Part shown: positions 10,337 to 18,594 of the stretch, in pieces
Layout: each line of letters begins with the position of its first letter
Position numbering within the stretch: the stretch's first letter is position 1
Assembly (NCBI GenBank): GCA_965237905.1
Contig: OZ250172.1
Span: 1,728,001-1,792,000, forward strand
Origin: Nitrospinaceae bacterium
GTDB lineage: Bacteria > Nitrospinota > Nitrospinia > Nitrospinales > Nitrospinaceae
Reading direction: 5' to 3'
DNA length: 64,000 nucleotides
Translations under genes and position numbers: made by a program
Notes under the pieces: model-generated
What the model saw: the letters and a program-made list of their open reading frames with translations, nothing else
What the model was told of the DNA's origin: nothing
Databases searched by the model: none

Positions 10337-10690
10337 ATGATTGTCGATTCAGGACTACAACATATCGCCGACCAGATGTCGGACCAGAGTCAAACAACCA
10401 TGAGCCACTTGGCGGTGGGCACGGGAACCAACGCGGAGGCGGCCAGCCAGACAGCTCTACAAACAGAAAGCGCACGGGTGGCGTTGACCTCGAAAACCCT
10501 CAGTGACAAGAAGGTGGTGTACGTGGGTGACTTCCCTGCCGGGGTGGGAACGGGCGCAGTGACCGAAGCCGGTTTGGTCAATGCCGCATCGGCGGGCGTT
10601 CTGCTTTCGCGGATTGTGTTTCCCGTCAAGAACAAAGGCCCGAGTGATACGCTAAAGATCATTATCGAACACACTTACGCCCGAGGTTAA
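10337..10690 (+). CDS. Tail collar/fibre-associated virion protein
   Basis: HLAVGTG...TALQTE...GAVTEAGL...LLSRIVFPVKNK; AAGGAG RBS. Confidence 0.65.
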   Translation: MIVDSGLQHIADQMSDQSQTTMSHLAVGTGTNAEAASQTALQTESARVALTSKTLSDKKVVYVGDFPAGVGTGAVTEAGLVNAASAGVLLSRIVFPVKNKGPSDTLKIIIEHTYARG

Positions 10691-10693
10691 TAC

Positions 10694-11140
10694 ATGCCGA
10701 CTTTCACACCAAGATTAAATCTCACCCAACCCGATACCGGGAACAAGACTTGGAAAACCGACATCGAAAACTGGGCCAACCAGTTGGACAAAATGGCTGC
10801 TCAGTATTTGACGTTTCACCTCGGCGGCGCGGCGATCGATGAGGAAGTAATTTTCGACGGTCACTTTTTCGATGAGGACGTCACTATCATCGAAGTCACT
10901 CTATACGCGCGCGAAGCACCGAGCGGTGCGGCCTTTACCATCGACTTTACCAAGGGTGGGATCGAACAGACGAAAACCGCGACTCTTGCAGACAGTTCGA
11001 ACAAGGGTAACACGGCGATCACAGGGTTGAGTTATACCACACTGGAGGAATTTGGCATCAAGGTGAAGAGCGTGGGCAGTGCCGACCCCGGTTCCGAAAT
11101 TACGATTCTCGTTCACTACCATATCAAGGCCTTGCCTTAA
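10694..11140 (+). CDS. Virion structural protein, beta-rich
   Basis: N-terminus TPRLNLTQP typical of tail-fibre attachment domains. Confidence 0.55.
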   Translation: MPTFTPRLNLTQPDTGNKTWKTDIENWANQLDKMAAQYLTFHLGGAAIDEEVIFDGHFFDEDVTIIEVTLYAREAPSGAAFTIDFTKGGIEQTKTATLADSSNKGNTAITGLSYTTLEEFGIKVKSVGSADPGSEITILVHYHIKALP

Positions 11141-11149
11141 GGAGACATT

Positions 11150-12328
11150 ATGCTCAGCCGCAAACTGGTTTTTATTTTTATTCTGCTGTTGGCTATAGCC
11201 AACCCCGCATCGGCGATCAAGTACAAGGGCGACTTGGAAGCCAACGAATCGTTGACTTTGCCGGAGCAAAGCGCGAAACCCGCCAATCCTTCATCGGGCA
11301 AACATAAGCTGTACTTCAAAGATGACGGAGCCCCGTACTCTCTCGATCCATCCGGCAATGAAAATCCCATCAACAGGGCCGGGATTAAAAACTACCTCAT
11401 CAACGGCGGTTTCCGGTTATGGCAGAGAGGGACCAGTTTCACCACAATGGATTCTTATGGGGCCGATCGGTGGAAACACGGGTCTCCCGGTACCGCCACC
11501 GTCAGCCGTCAGGAGTTTACGCTGGGTCAAACCGATGTCCCTGGGGAACCGGAATTTTACTGGAGGAACGATACGACGGTTGCTGGTGTGGGGACAGCTA
11601 CATTGTTCAGGCAACGGATCGAGGATGTCCGAACCTTGGCCGGGCAAACCGTAACGCTTTCTTTTTGGGCGAAGGCCGATGCCAGCAAAATATTCCAGGT
11701 TGTCATACAGCAAGTATTCGGTACCGGTGGATCCCCCAGCGCAGATATTATCGCTTTAAACCAATCGCAACCCATAGAAACGGCGTGGACTCGATATACC
11801 TATACCGTCACGATCCCATCCATCAGCGGTAAGACGTTGGGCACGAACGACGACGATTATCTGGAAATTCTAATCCAAGAGACGTCAGGCTTCTCAACTT
11901 TTACACTCGACGTAGCACAAATCCAACTCGAAAAGGGAGCGGTTGCCATAGCGTTCGGGTATCGCCCTATAGGTTTAGAATTGAGATTAGCTCAAAGGTA
12001 TTACTGTAAGACTTATGCGCAAGGGACCGATCCCGGAACAGCAACACCATCGGGTATAGTCACCGCCGGATTCAATGGAGTGAGCTTATCCCCTCGTCAG
12101 ATACGCACAAATTGGGTTTTCCCGGTTACCATGAGGGCTGCTCCTTCAATTACCTTTTACGACCAGTTTGGAACTTCCAGTTCCTGGGAGGACGGTAATG
12201 GCGGCGGGGCAACCGTAGTGGTTCTTGCCAACACGTCGTCAGACAATTCGGTAAATATTGCCGTAGACACGGCGTCGCTCGCCGATGCAAGAATTTTGGG
12301 TCACATCGTGGCGGATGCGGAACTTTGA
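11150..12328 (+). CDS. Tail fibre/receptor-binding-like protein with an apparent signal peptide
   Basis: KNYLINGGFRLWQRG...ADRW, VTLSFWAKA, QLEKG...ELRLAQRYY, FPVTMRAAP; hydrophobic N-terminus; AAGGAG RBS. Confidence 0.75.
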   Translation: MLSRKLVFIFILLLAIANPASAIKYKGDLEANESLTLPEQSAKPANPSSGKHKLYFKDDGAPYSLDPSGNENPINRAGIKNYLINGGFRLWQRGTSFTTMDSYGADRWKHGSPGTATVSRQEFTLGQTDVPGEPEFYWRNDTTVAGVGTATLFRQRIEDVRTLAGQTVTLSFWAKADASKIFQVVIQQVFGTGGSPSADIIALNQSQPIETAWTRYTYTVTIPSISGKTLGTNDDDYLEILIQETSGFSTFTLDVAQIQLEKGAVAIAFGYRPIGLELRLAQRYYCKTYAQGTDPGTATPSGIVTAGFNGVSLSPRQIRTNWVFPVTMRAAPSITFYDQFGTSSSWEDGNGGGATVVVLANTSSDNSVNIAVDTASLADARILGHIVADAEL

Positions 12329-12343
12329 GGAAAAAATCATCAA

Positions 12344-12607
12344 ATGCTTATCTTTCACACGTATTTTTATTCTATAGGTGTTTGCTGTATGGGCGACGTA
12401 TCCAATCACTTCTGCGAAGTGGACTCGCAGCAGAATAATCCGTGTTTTATGAACAATAAGCGCGGGATAAATGTGCCTGGCGATATGTCCAACAGCGACC
12501 GACGAGTGCTTAACGAGTGGGTCGACGAAAGCAACGCTATCTCTCCCCAGATCCTGCTCTGGTATTATTTTGGTTGGATGCCTTTAATGATGTCTTGGAT
12601 GGTTTGA
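12344..12607 (+). pseudogene. Degenerate small tail-fibre-associated gene
   Basis: INVPGDMSNSDRRVLNEWVDESNAISP resembles the IP-x-D-x-x-N-x-D...W...GN motif of small post-fibre proteins; flanking sequence looks eroded. Confidence 0.35.
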
Positions 12608-12971
12608 TTGAGGGTCTTAATATCGATCGGTTTGGTGATAAAGGCATCCATTCCGACAACGAGACAATCAGTTTTTTTAGCCTCCTCGTCGTGGGCCGTC
12701 ATGCAATAATGGGGGTGTAGACAGGCGTTGCAATCGATAAGGCCTTCTCTTTGGCCCTTATTTTCCGGGCGGCTTCGATCCCGCTGATACCTGGCATCTC
12801 TAAGTCCATGAGAATGACATCAAAGGAGCCCTCCAGAAAATAGTCCACAGCCTCCTTACCATTTTCAGCAGTGGTGATCTCATGACCTCTTTTTTCTAAC
12901 AGCCGGGTGGCTAGATCCAGATTGGCCGGGTTGTCATCCGCCAGGAGAATTTTGTATGTGATAGTGGACAT
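12565..12971 (-). pseudogene. Single-domain response regulator with a 1-nt frameshift
   Basis: ILLADD...DVILMDLEMP...PIIA-stop; the shifted frame continues MTAHDEEAKKTDCLVVGMDAFITKPID... to TAA at 12565-12567. Confidence 0.8.
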
Positions 12972-13864
12972 TATAAATCTTTCCAGGCGCCAATAATTTT
13001 ACCAACGATTGGTTGCGGGTTTTCGTTCAAATCGATGATCTGTATTTCTGCATTAGGATTGATCGGCCGCAGGATGAGCAGATGGGTTTTCTTTTCAAGA
13101 AACTTGGCGGTTAGGCCTCCCTCATGATATATGGCAAACATCTTATTTTTGACAATTATTTTATCATCCCGGTCGATAACGACAATATCTCCAGGGTGGA
13201 GCATGGGTTCCATGGAATGGCCGTCGACCCGGCTGGCCACCAGATTGGTGCGCTTGCCGGCGGCGCGGATATGAAGCAGGACATAGTCTTCAATATTCTC
13301 CTGCGGGATGATCGGTTGTCCAGCGGCGATGGCTGATTCGGTAAGTGGCACCGAGACGAAATCCTCTCCAGAAATTTGGGGAATTTTTTGGGCGCTGGTG
13401 GTCTGGAAAATTTTGAGCTGGGGGCTTTGAAACAGCAGGGATCCATCATCGGTGAGAGCGGACGGATGGACCTCCAGAATTTCACTGAATCTCTGAATTA
13501 AGTCGCTTGAAAACAGGCATTTACCCTGCTCATACAGCTCAAGCACTTTGGGAGATATCGATAATTTTGACCCCAATTCATTTTGTGACCAGCCTCTTGA
13601 GATTCGGAAACCCTTAATTCTTTTGGCAATTATCTGATTTAAGTGGGAAGAGGGTTCGATTCCTGATATCAACCATTGGAGATCTATATGAAAGTATTTA
13701 GCGATTTTGGAGAGTGATTCTGGATCAGGTAAACTCTTACGTTGAATACATTTTTTTATGTTTTCATAATTCAAGCCCACGCTTTGGCAAAAGTCCGCCA
13801 GGGACTGCCCTTCCTGCAGAACGAGTATTCTATTTAAAACCTCACCAGTTTTTATATTAGGCAT
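12971..13864 (-). CDS. CI/LexA-like repressor: two XRE HTH domains plus S24 peptidase
   Basis: HTH1 (SLADFCQSVG...IDLQWLISG), HTH2 (RISRGWSQNELG...YEQG), AIAAG cleavage site, DGHSMEP serine, TAKFL lysine. Confidence 0.9.
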   Translation of the reverse strand: MPNIKTGEVLNRILVLQEGQSLADFCQSVGLNYENIKKCIQRKSLPDPESLSKIAKYFHIDLQWLISGIEPSSHLNQIIAKRIKGFRISRGWSQNELGSKLSISPKVLELYEQGKCLFSSDLIQRFSEILEVHPSALTDDGSLLFQSPQLKIFQTTSAQKIPQISGEDFVSVPLTESAIAAGQPIIPQENIEDYVLLHIRAAGKRTNLVASRVDGHSMEPMLHPGDIVVIDRDDKIIVKNKMFAIYHEGGLTAKFLEKKTHLLILRPINPNAEIQIIDLNENPQPIVGKIIGAWKDL

Positions 13865-13876
13865 ACAAAATATATA

Positions 13877-13931
13877 TTGACATTAAGGGACATTTGTCCC
13901 ATACTATAACACAGATAGGGACAATTGTCCT
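13877..13931 (+). promoter_or_regulatory. Sigma70-type promoter with two palindromic operators
   Basis: TTGACA 13877-13882, 17 bp, CATACT 13900-13905; GGGACATTTGTCCC 13887-13900 and GGGACAATTGTCCT 13918-13931. Confidence 0.75.
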
Positions 13932-14160
13932 AATATTTTTAACTATTTGTATAATAAGGATAAAATTGTTAAAAATTTTAAATTGAATGTTTGAATGGGT
14001 GATAGATGTTGCAAGCATCGCACAAAAAATTCCGCAATCAAATATATTTATAGTCATTAGGATGCAAATACTTCTAATTAGGGAAGGAATGAGTCGCTTT
14101 TGCCAAAATTGAAAGTGCGGCAAGTTTGTGTGTTGGATCGTTTTGATAATGGGGAGTCTG

Positions 14161-14586
14161 ATGAAGAAATTGAAACTTGTTAAGACCAGTGGAAAGAAAG
14201 CTACCCAACGGTTATTTCGATGCCCGGTGGTGGTCCTGACCTTGGCCAACGGTGAGGTTGTAAAAAGAGGTTGTGGCCGGGCTGGGATGTCGGAATTTGA
14301 CGCCTGTCTGAGATGTTTGTATTGCGGAAATTACCTGTATAAGAAGGCTCCCAGTTTGGAATCCATGTGGTTTCATTTTCGCTGGGCCAGGGAATTCTGG
14401 AGGATTCACAACAACCATGGCCGTGATTTTGTGAATGGGATTCCGGTGATGGGGAAAGCGGAAACGTTGCCCTCCTCCTGTCTTCCGGATTTAGCTGAGT
14501 CCAAGCCTCCCTGGTGGTTCCCATATTTTTTAAAATACAGCGATCAGGAATTCCGGGAATATATGTTTAATTTGAAAACGGGTTGA
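14161..14586 (+). CDS. Cys-rich hypothetical protein (possible Zn ribbon), divergent from the repressor
   Basis: GGGGAG RBS before ATG 14161; RCP...GCG...CLRCLYCG. Confidence 0.65.
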   Translation: MKKLKLVKTSGKKATQRLFRCPVVVLTLANGEVVKRGCGRAGMSEFDACLRCLYCGNYLYKKAPSLESMWFHFRWAREFWRIHNNHGRDFVNGIPVMGKAETLPSSCLPDLAESKPPWWFPYFLKYSDQEFREYMFNLKTG

Positions 14587-14594
14587 GATACACC

Positions 14595-15176
14595 ATGGCT
14601 TCAATAGATAACCAAAGACCGATCTGCGCCGTACATTCCGTATCCTCCAAAGTCTGCACTGGGGAGGTGATGGAGGTGGTTCTGCATTCGGGGAATTCCA
14701 CTGAACAGGACGCTTTTCCCCATAGCTTGAATTTATGCCAGTATCATTATCAATTGGAATTAATGGTTTGGGGGATCAAAAAGTTTTTTCAGGTCTATAA
14801 CTTATTATTAAACACAAGTGATTGCGAGGATACGGCCAAAAGCCGTTGGCAGGAGGCGTTGGAGCCTTTCCCAGATGATTCGCGTCTTTACTTCAGTTTG
14901 CCTGACGAGCTGGAATTCTGGCTAAATCGCTTAGCGGGGGATCTTTCCGACGACGGTTGTCATCCCCGGTCAGAATTTGAGTATCTGAAAGAAGTGCCTA
15001 TCAACTTGGGCGAGATCTGTTTGACCGACAAACAGTTAATGGCCGTGTGCATGGTATTTTATGGAGGCGTGAAAAAAAAGCGAGCCGCCCAGGCGATGAA
15101 TATTACCAGCCAGGCCCTGTCCGACCACGTCAAGGCCGCTCTCAAAAAAATCGGGGATAACCTGGCCAGTATTTAA
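14595..15176 (+). CDS. Putative transcription activator with a C-terminal sigma70 region-4/LuxR-like HTH
   Basis: LTDKQLMAVCMVFYGGVKKKRAAQAMNITSQALSDHVKAALKKI; N-terminal Cys/His cluster. Confidence 0.65.
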   Translation: MASIDNQRPICAVHSVSSKVCTGEVMEVVLHSGNSTEQDAFPHSLNLCQYHYQLELMVWGIKKFFQVYNLLLNTSDCEDTAKSRWQEALEPFPDDSRLYFSLPDELEFWLNRLAGDLSDDGCHPRSEFEYLKEVPINLGEICLTDKQLMAVCMVFYGGVKKKRAAQAMNITSQALSDHVKAALKKIGDNLASI

Positions 15177-15186
15177 CGATTCATTG

Positions 15187-16845
15187 CTATCCGGGAAAGG
15201 CCCAAGGGGGAGGATAATTAGGATGCACAAAATTTTTGATGTTGCGTTTCTTTTGGTTTTCCAGAATCCGCTGCCATAGTGGGTGATCGGGTGCGCTTTC
15301 CTGTGTGCGGATGAACAGCTTGGAGATGGGGTCCTGATAGATTTTTACCCATCCCGGCATCGTTTCCATAAAGGTATCAGGTGCCTCGTATTTTTTGGTC
15401 AGTACTAAAATGGTAGGGAAATCCCTGAGCAACGCCAGTCCTTCCGGTTTGCCGTATGCAAAGGCCAGGTTCATTTCTATAATGTTTTCCGGGTAAACCG
15501 TTCGAAACCGACCGTCGATGGATACCCGGGAATTGGGTGACTTCCAGATCATATATTCCCCCCAATTGAAGGGCACCACCAGATTCCCCTCCAGACCGTT
15601 GGCTTCCATGAATTGCGCGGCATAGGTCGGATATACCAGGTGGTCCACCCGAATTTTGAAATCGTCCGCCGCATATTTGTGTAGTTGGATCCCTATCATG
15701 AAAGCCACAAACACTCCCAAAACTCCCTGAACGGTCCAATGAAAATGATGGGACAAACGATCGTAATAAGATTTGATGTCCCATTGCAACCAGCGCCCAT
15801 AGTGCAATAAAAGATAGGGTGCCAGAAGAATTACAGTGAGTATTGTGTGACGCTGATGCTGGAATCCATAAATAATTGCCAGCGCAATGATCAGAATTTC
15901 CCAAACGCGTTTTTTGCTCGGTAATAAAAAGGTTCCGAGAAACAGTAGAACCAGAACTTTATATTGCCAGTGAGAGAAATCGGTTAAGCTCACCGGTCCC
16001 CATTCGCTAATGGATCGCGGCATCCCGAGGGAATGGATAAAGAAGAGCCATAGGTTATAACCGTAAGGATTGATCAATACCGCCAAGCCGGACAGCAGAA
16101 AATACTTCAACAGTAGGCGGCCCCGGCTCTCTCCCGTTTTGTAATATCGGATGACCTCCACCGCAGTGATCACGCCGAAAATACCCAACCCGGCCACCAC
16201 TCCGCCGTGACTGTTAACCCACAACAGCATAATGAGAGGAGCCCACTTTATGATCCGATGATTGCCGTCAAAAAACTTCTGCAGAACGTAGACCAGCAGG
16301 GTCAGGAATAAAAAGGTGGCCAGATGCGGGCGGGCCATGAATCCCGGAGCCATCACTGGAATAATGAGTGCACATAGAATCAAATACACGGTGATATTGC
16401 CGGCTCGCGCAAAGTAAATCGAAGAGAGCAGATGAACTATCAAGATTCCCAGGAAGGCTTTGAAAAAAAGCAGGCCGGTCGAGTCAAGGGTGTGGTAAAT
16501 CAGATAAAACGAAACTTCCATGAGCCATTCATGGTTGATCCAGGTATGCCCCTCAGCGGTATAGGAAAAGGGGTCGGTGTCGTGCACCCCGCCTTGCTCC
16601 CAGATGTCTTGCCCAAAGCGGATATGACCCCATAAATCCGGATCTGCCGTGACATAGGAAAATTGAGTGAAGGCGAATGCGTACACCAGGATGCGGATCA
16701 CGATATAGAAACCATCCCTGGTCACACGTTTGGAAAGGGTGTTTGAATCATCAAGAGTCACTCTAACTAATTTATGGGACGAACCGTCAGGGAACAAGGA
16801 AAAAGTGATTTCGCCTGTCCAATAATGAGAGTTGAGGGTTTTCAT
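15187..16845 (-). CDS. Polytopic membrane protein, GT-C glycosyltransferase-like (true start probably further downstream)
   Basis: DPDLWGHIRFG, DPFSYTA, WINHEWL, LWVNSHGG, INPYG, VSIDGR; many TM helices. Confidence 0.7.
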   Translation of the reverse strand: MKTLNSHYWTGEITFSLFPDGSSHKLVRVTLDDSNTLSKRVTRDGFYIVIRILVYAFAFTQFSYVTADPDLWGHIRFGQDIWEQGGVHDTDPFSYTAEGHTWINHEWLMEVSFYLIYHTLDSTGLLFFKAFLGILIVHLLSSIYFARAGNITVYLILCALIIPVMAPGFMARPHLATFLFLTLLVYVLQKFFDGNHRIIKWAPLIMLLWVNSHGGVVAGLGIFGVITAVEVIRYYKTGESRGRLLLKYFLLSGLAVLINPYGYNLWLFFIHSLGMPRSISEWGPVSLTDFSHWQYKVLVLLFLGTFLLPSKKRVWEILIIALAIIYGFQHQRHTILTVILLAPYLLLHYGRWLQWDIKSYYDRLSHHFHWTVQGVLGVFVAFMIGIQLHKYAADDFKIRVDHLVYPTYAAQFMEANGLEGNLVVPFNWGEYMIWKSPNSRVSIDGRFRTVYPENIIEMNLAFAYGKPEGLALLRDFPTILVLTKKYEAPDTFMETMPGWVKIYQDPISKLFIRTQESAPDHPLWQRILENQKKRNIKNFVHPNYPPPWAFPG

Positions 16846-16905
16846 TTATAAAGTGGAATGCGATAATAACCCTCTTTTTAAAAATCCCGCTTTCAAGGAA
16901 TCTTT

Positions 16906-17697
16906 GTGAAAATTATCGTCTGCGTGAAACAGGTCATCGATACCGGCGCGGTTCTGACTCTTAAGGATGGCCAAGTGGATACGGAGGGTTTGCCCCGGGT
17001 ACTCAATCCTTATGATGAGTTTGCGGTTGAGGAAGCAGTACGCATTCGAGAGCAAGCTCCCGAGGAAACTACGGTGACCCTGATTACCCTGGGTCCAGAC
17101 CAATTCAAGGATACGCTCCGCAAGGGCTTGGCTATGGGCGCGGATACGGCGGTCCATCTGCTGGATGCCGCTTTTGAGGGCTTGGATTGTCTGGGCGTTG
17201 CCACCGCTTTATCCAAGGCGATTTGTACGCTCGAGTATGATTTAATTTTATGCGGTCGGCAGGCGGTGGACGATGATATGGCCCAGGTCGGACCCGCGAT
17301 CGCGGTGTTGCTGGGTATTCCTTTTGTCACGGTGGTGACAGATTTGAAAATTTCAGATGATCGGCAAAAGGCCAAAGTGACCCGCCAGATTGAAGGGGGT
17401 TCCGAGATCATTGAAGCGCCGCTACCCCTGCTGATCACTTGTCAAAAAGGATTGAACGAGCCCAGGCTTCCCTCCCTTAAAGGAATTATGGCCGCCAAGA
17501 AAAAGGAGGTTACCCTTCTCGATGCCGCGGCGATTGGCTTCGACGCGAATGGTATGGGTGCCGCCGCCAACCGGGTCCGGGAAACCGCCTTGGAGCTGCC
17601 TCCGACCCGTAAAAAAGGCATCATTCTGGAAGGCACTCCGGAAGAAACCTGCTCCCAATTGGTTCAAGCACTACGCGATGAAGCCAAGGTGATTTAG
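16906..17697 (+). CDS. etfB: Electron transfer flavoprotein beta subunit
   Basis: IIVCVKQVID, LNPYDEFAVEEA, LAMGAD, CGRQAVDDD, NEPRLPSLKGIMAAKKK. Confidence 0.95.
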   Translation: MKIIVCVKQVIDTGAVLTLKDGQVDTEGLPRVLNPYDEFAVEEAVRIREQAPEETTVTLITLGPDQFKDTLRKGLAMGADTAVHLLDAAFEGLDCLGVATALSKAICTLEYDLILCGRQAVDDDMAQVGPAIAVLLGIPFVTVVTDLKISDDRQKAKVTRQIEGGSEIIEAPLPLLITCQKGLNEPRLPSLKGIMAAKKKEVTLLDAAAIGFDANGMGAAANRVRETALELPPTRKKGIILEGTPEETCSQLVQALRDEAKVI

Positions 17698-17725
17698 TTG
17701 GAAGGTCAGGAAATTTAAAAACGGC

Positions 17726-17760
17726 AAAAAAAATCCCTCCCTCCGGGCATGGAGGGAGGG
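17726..17760 (-). terminator. Rho-independent terminator
   Basis: CCCTCCCTCC-GGGCAT-GGAGGGAGGG stem with an A8 tract (U-tract on the minus strand), between convergent genes. Confidence 0.75.
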
Positions 17761-17799
17761 GGCAGTCACATTTACAGGCAGAGCTGCGGGGGAAAATGG

Positions 17800-18216
17800 T
17801 TACCAGTACAAGCAACTGTTGTCACACTCTTCAGCTGAAGCGGAAAGCTCAACCTCGGTTGCTTGACTTTGGTTTGAGAGTTTGGATTCTACATATTCCT
17901 GGTAATCCTCGGGAATCTCGATATGTCCTATGGCCGTTCCGCCTACAGGTCCCCACATACCGGTATCCAATTCAAACCAGTAGATTCCATCGGCAATATC
18001 CCGATCGATATGGTCTTCCAAGGCTAACTGCTCAAAAAATCCCAGTTTGTAGCCGTTGATGAAAACATCATCATATTGAGCTTCTTCTGTGGCCACTGCG
18101 GGAAGAGCGGTCATCAGGAGCAATCCCATTACCAAGGCCAAAGACCCTATGGTTTTGGACACGCTCTTTAACTTATTCTGGTTTTGGCTTTTTTTCATCA
18201 ATATTCTCTTACTCAT
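17800..18216 (-). CDS. Exported acidic hypothetical protein
   Basis: Basic N-region, hydrophobic signal ending AVA; VFING...GIYW...TGMWGPVGG. Confidence 0.65.
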   Translation of the reverse strand: MSKRILMKKSQNQNKLKSVSKTIGSLALVMGLLLMTALPAVATEEAQYDDVFINGYKLGFFEQLALEDHIDRDIADGIYWFELDTGMWGPVGGTAIGHIEIPEDYQEYVESKLSNQSQATEVELSASAEECDNSCLYW

Positions 18217-18594
18217 GATTTCCCCCTGCCGATTTTGCTTTTAATATGAGGCAATATACCCCATTTGTATCGTTAACAGAGGCATTGCAGGTTATATGCC
18301 GTATTTGCAACAATTTAGAGAGAAAATATTAACTCTCTGAAATCAAAGGCTTTAAAAATTAAAATATACCCCATCGGGTGTAGTATTTGCTTTTTAAATG
18401 TACAGATAATGTGTTTTAGTGACAAAATTCAGCCTCTAGCTGTACCAAAATTGTGAATTTCTCACAATATATTGATTTATAAGAGGGCAATTGTTTATAC
18501 AATTGAGGACACCGGAGTGCCTTGCAGGGTGCTCTTGTCAAAAATGGAAAATAAAACTAAACTGTTGATATTCCCCTTGCTTGAGGAGATTCAA

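Larger units (their letters stand above)
1961..12607 (+). mobile_element. Phage-derived structural gene cluster (GTA-like or remnant prophage)
   Basis: Co-directional portal, protease, capsid, decoration, adaptor, tail-tip and fibre genes; no integrase, terminase or replication genes in the window. Confidence 0.8.

Noticed and set aside
1961..15176. Complete inducible prophage with att sites
   Set aside because: No integrase, replication, terminase or lysis genes, and no att-like direct repeats or tRNA seen at the borders
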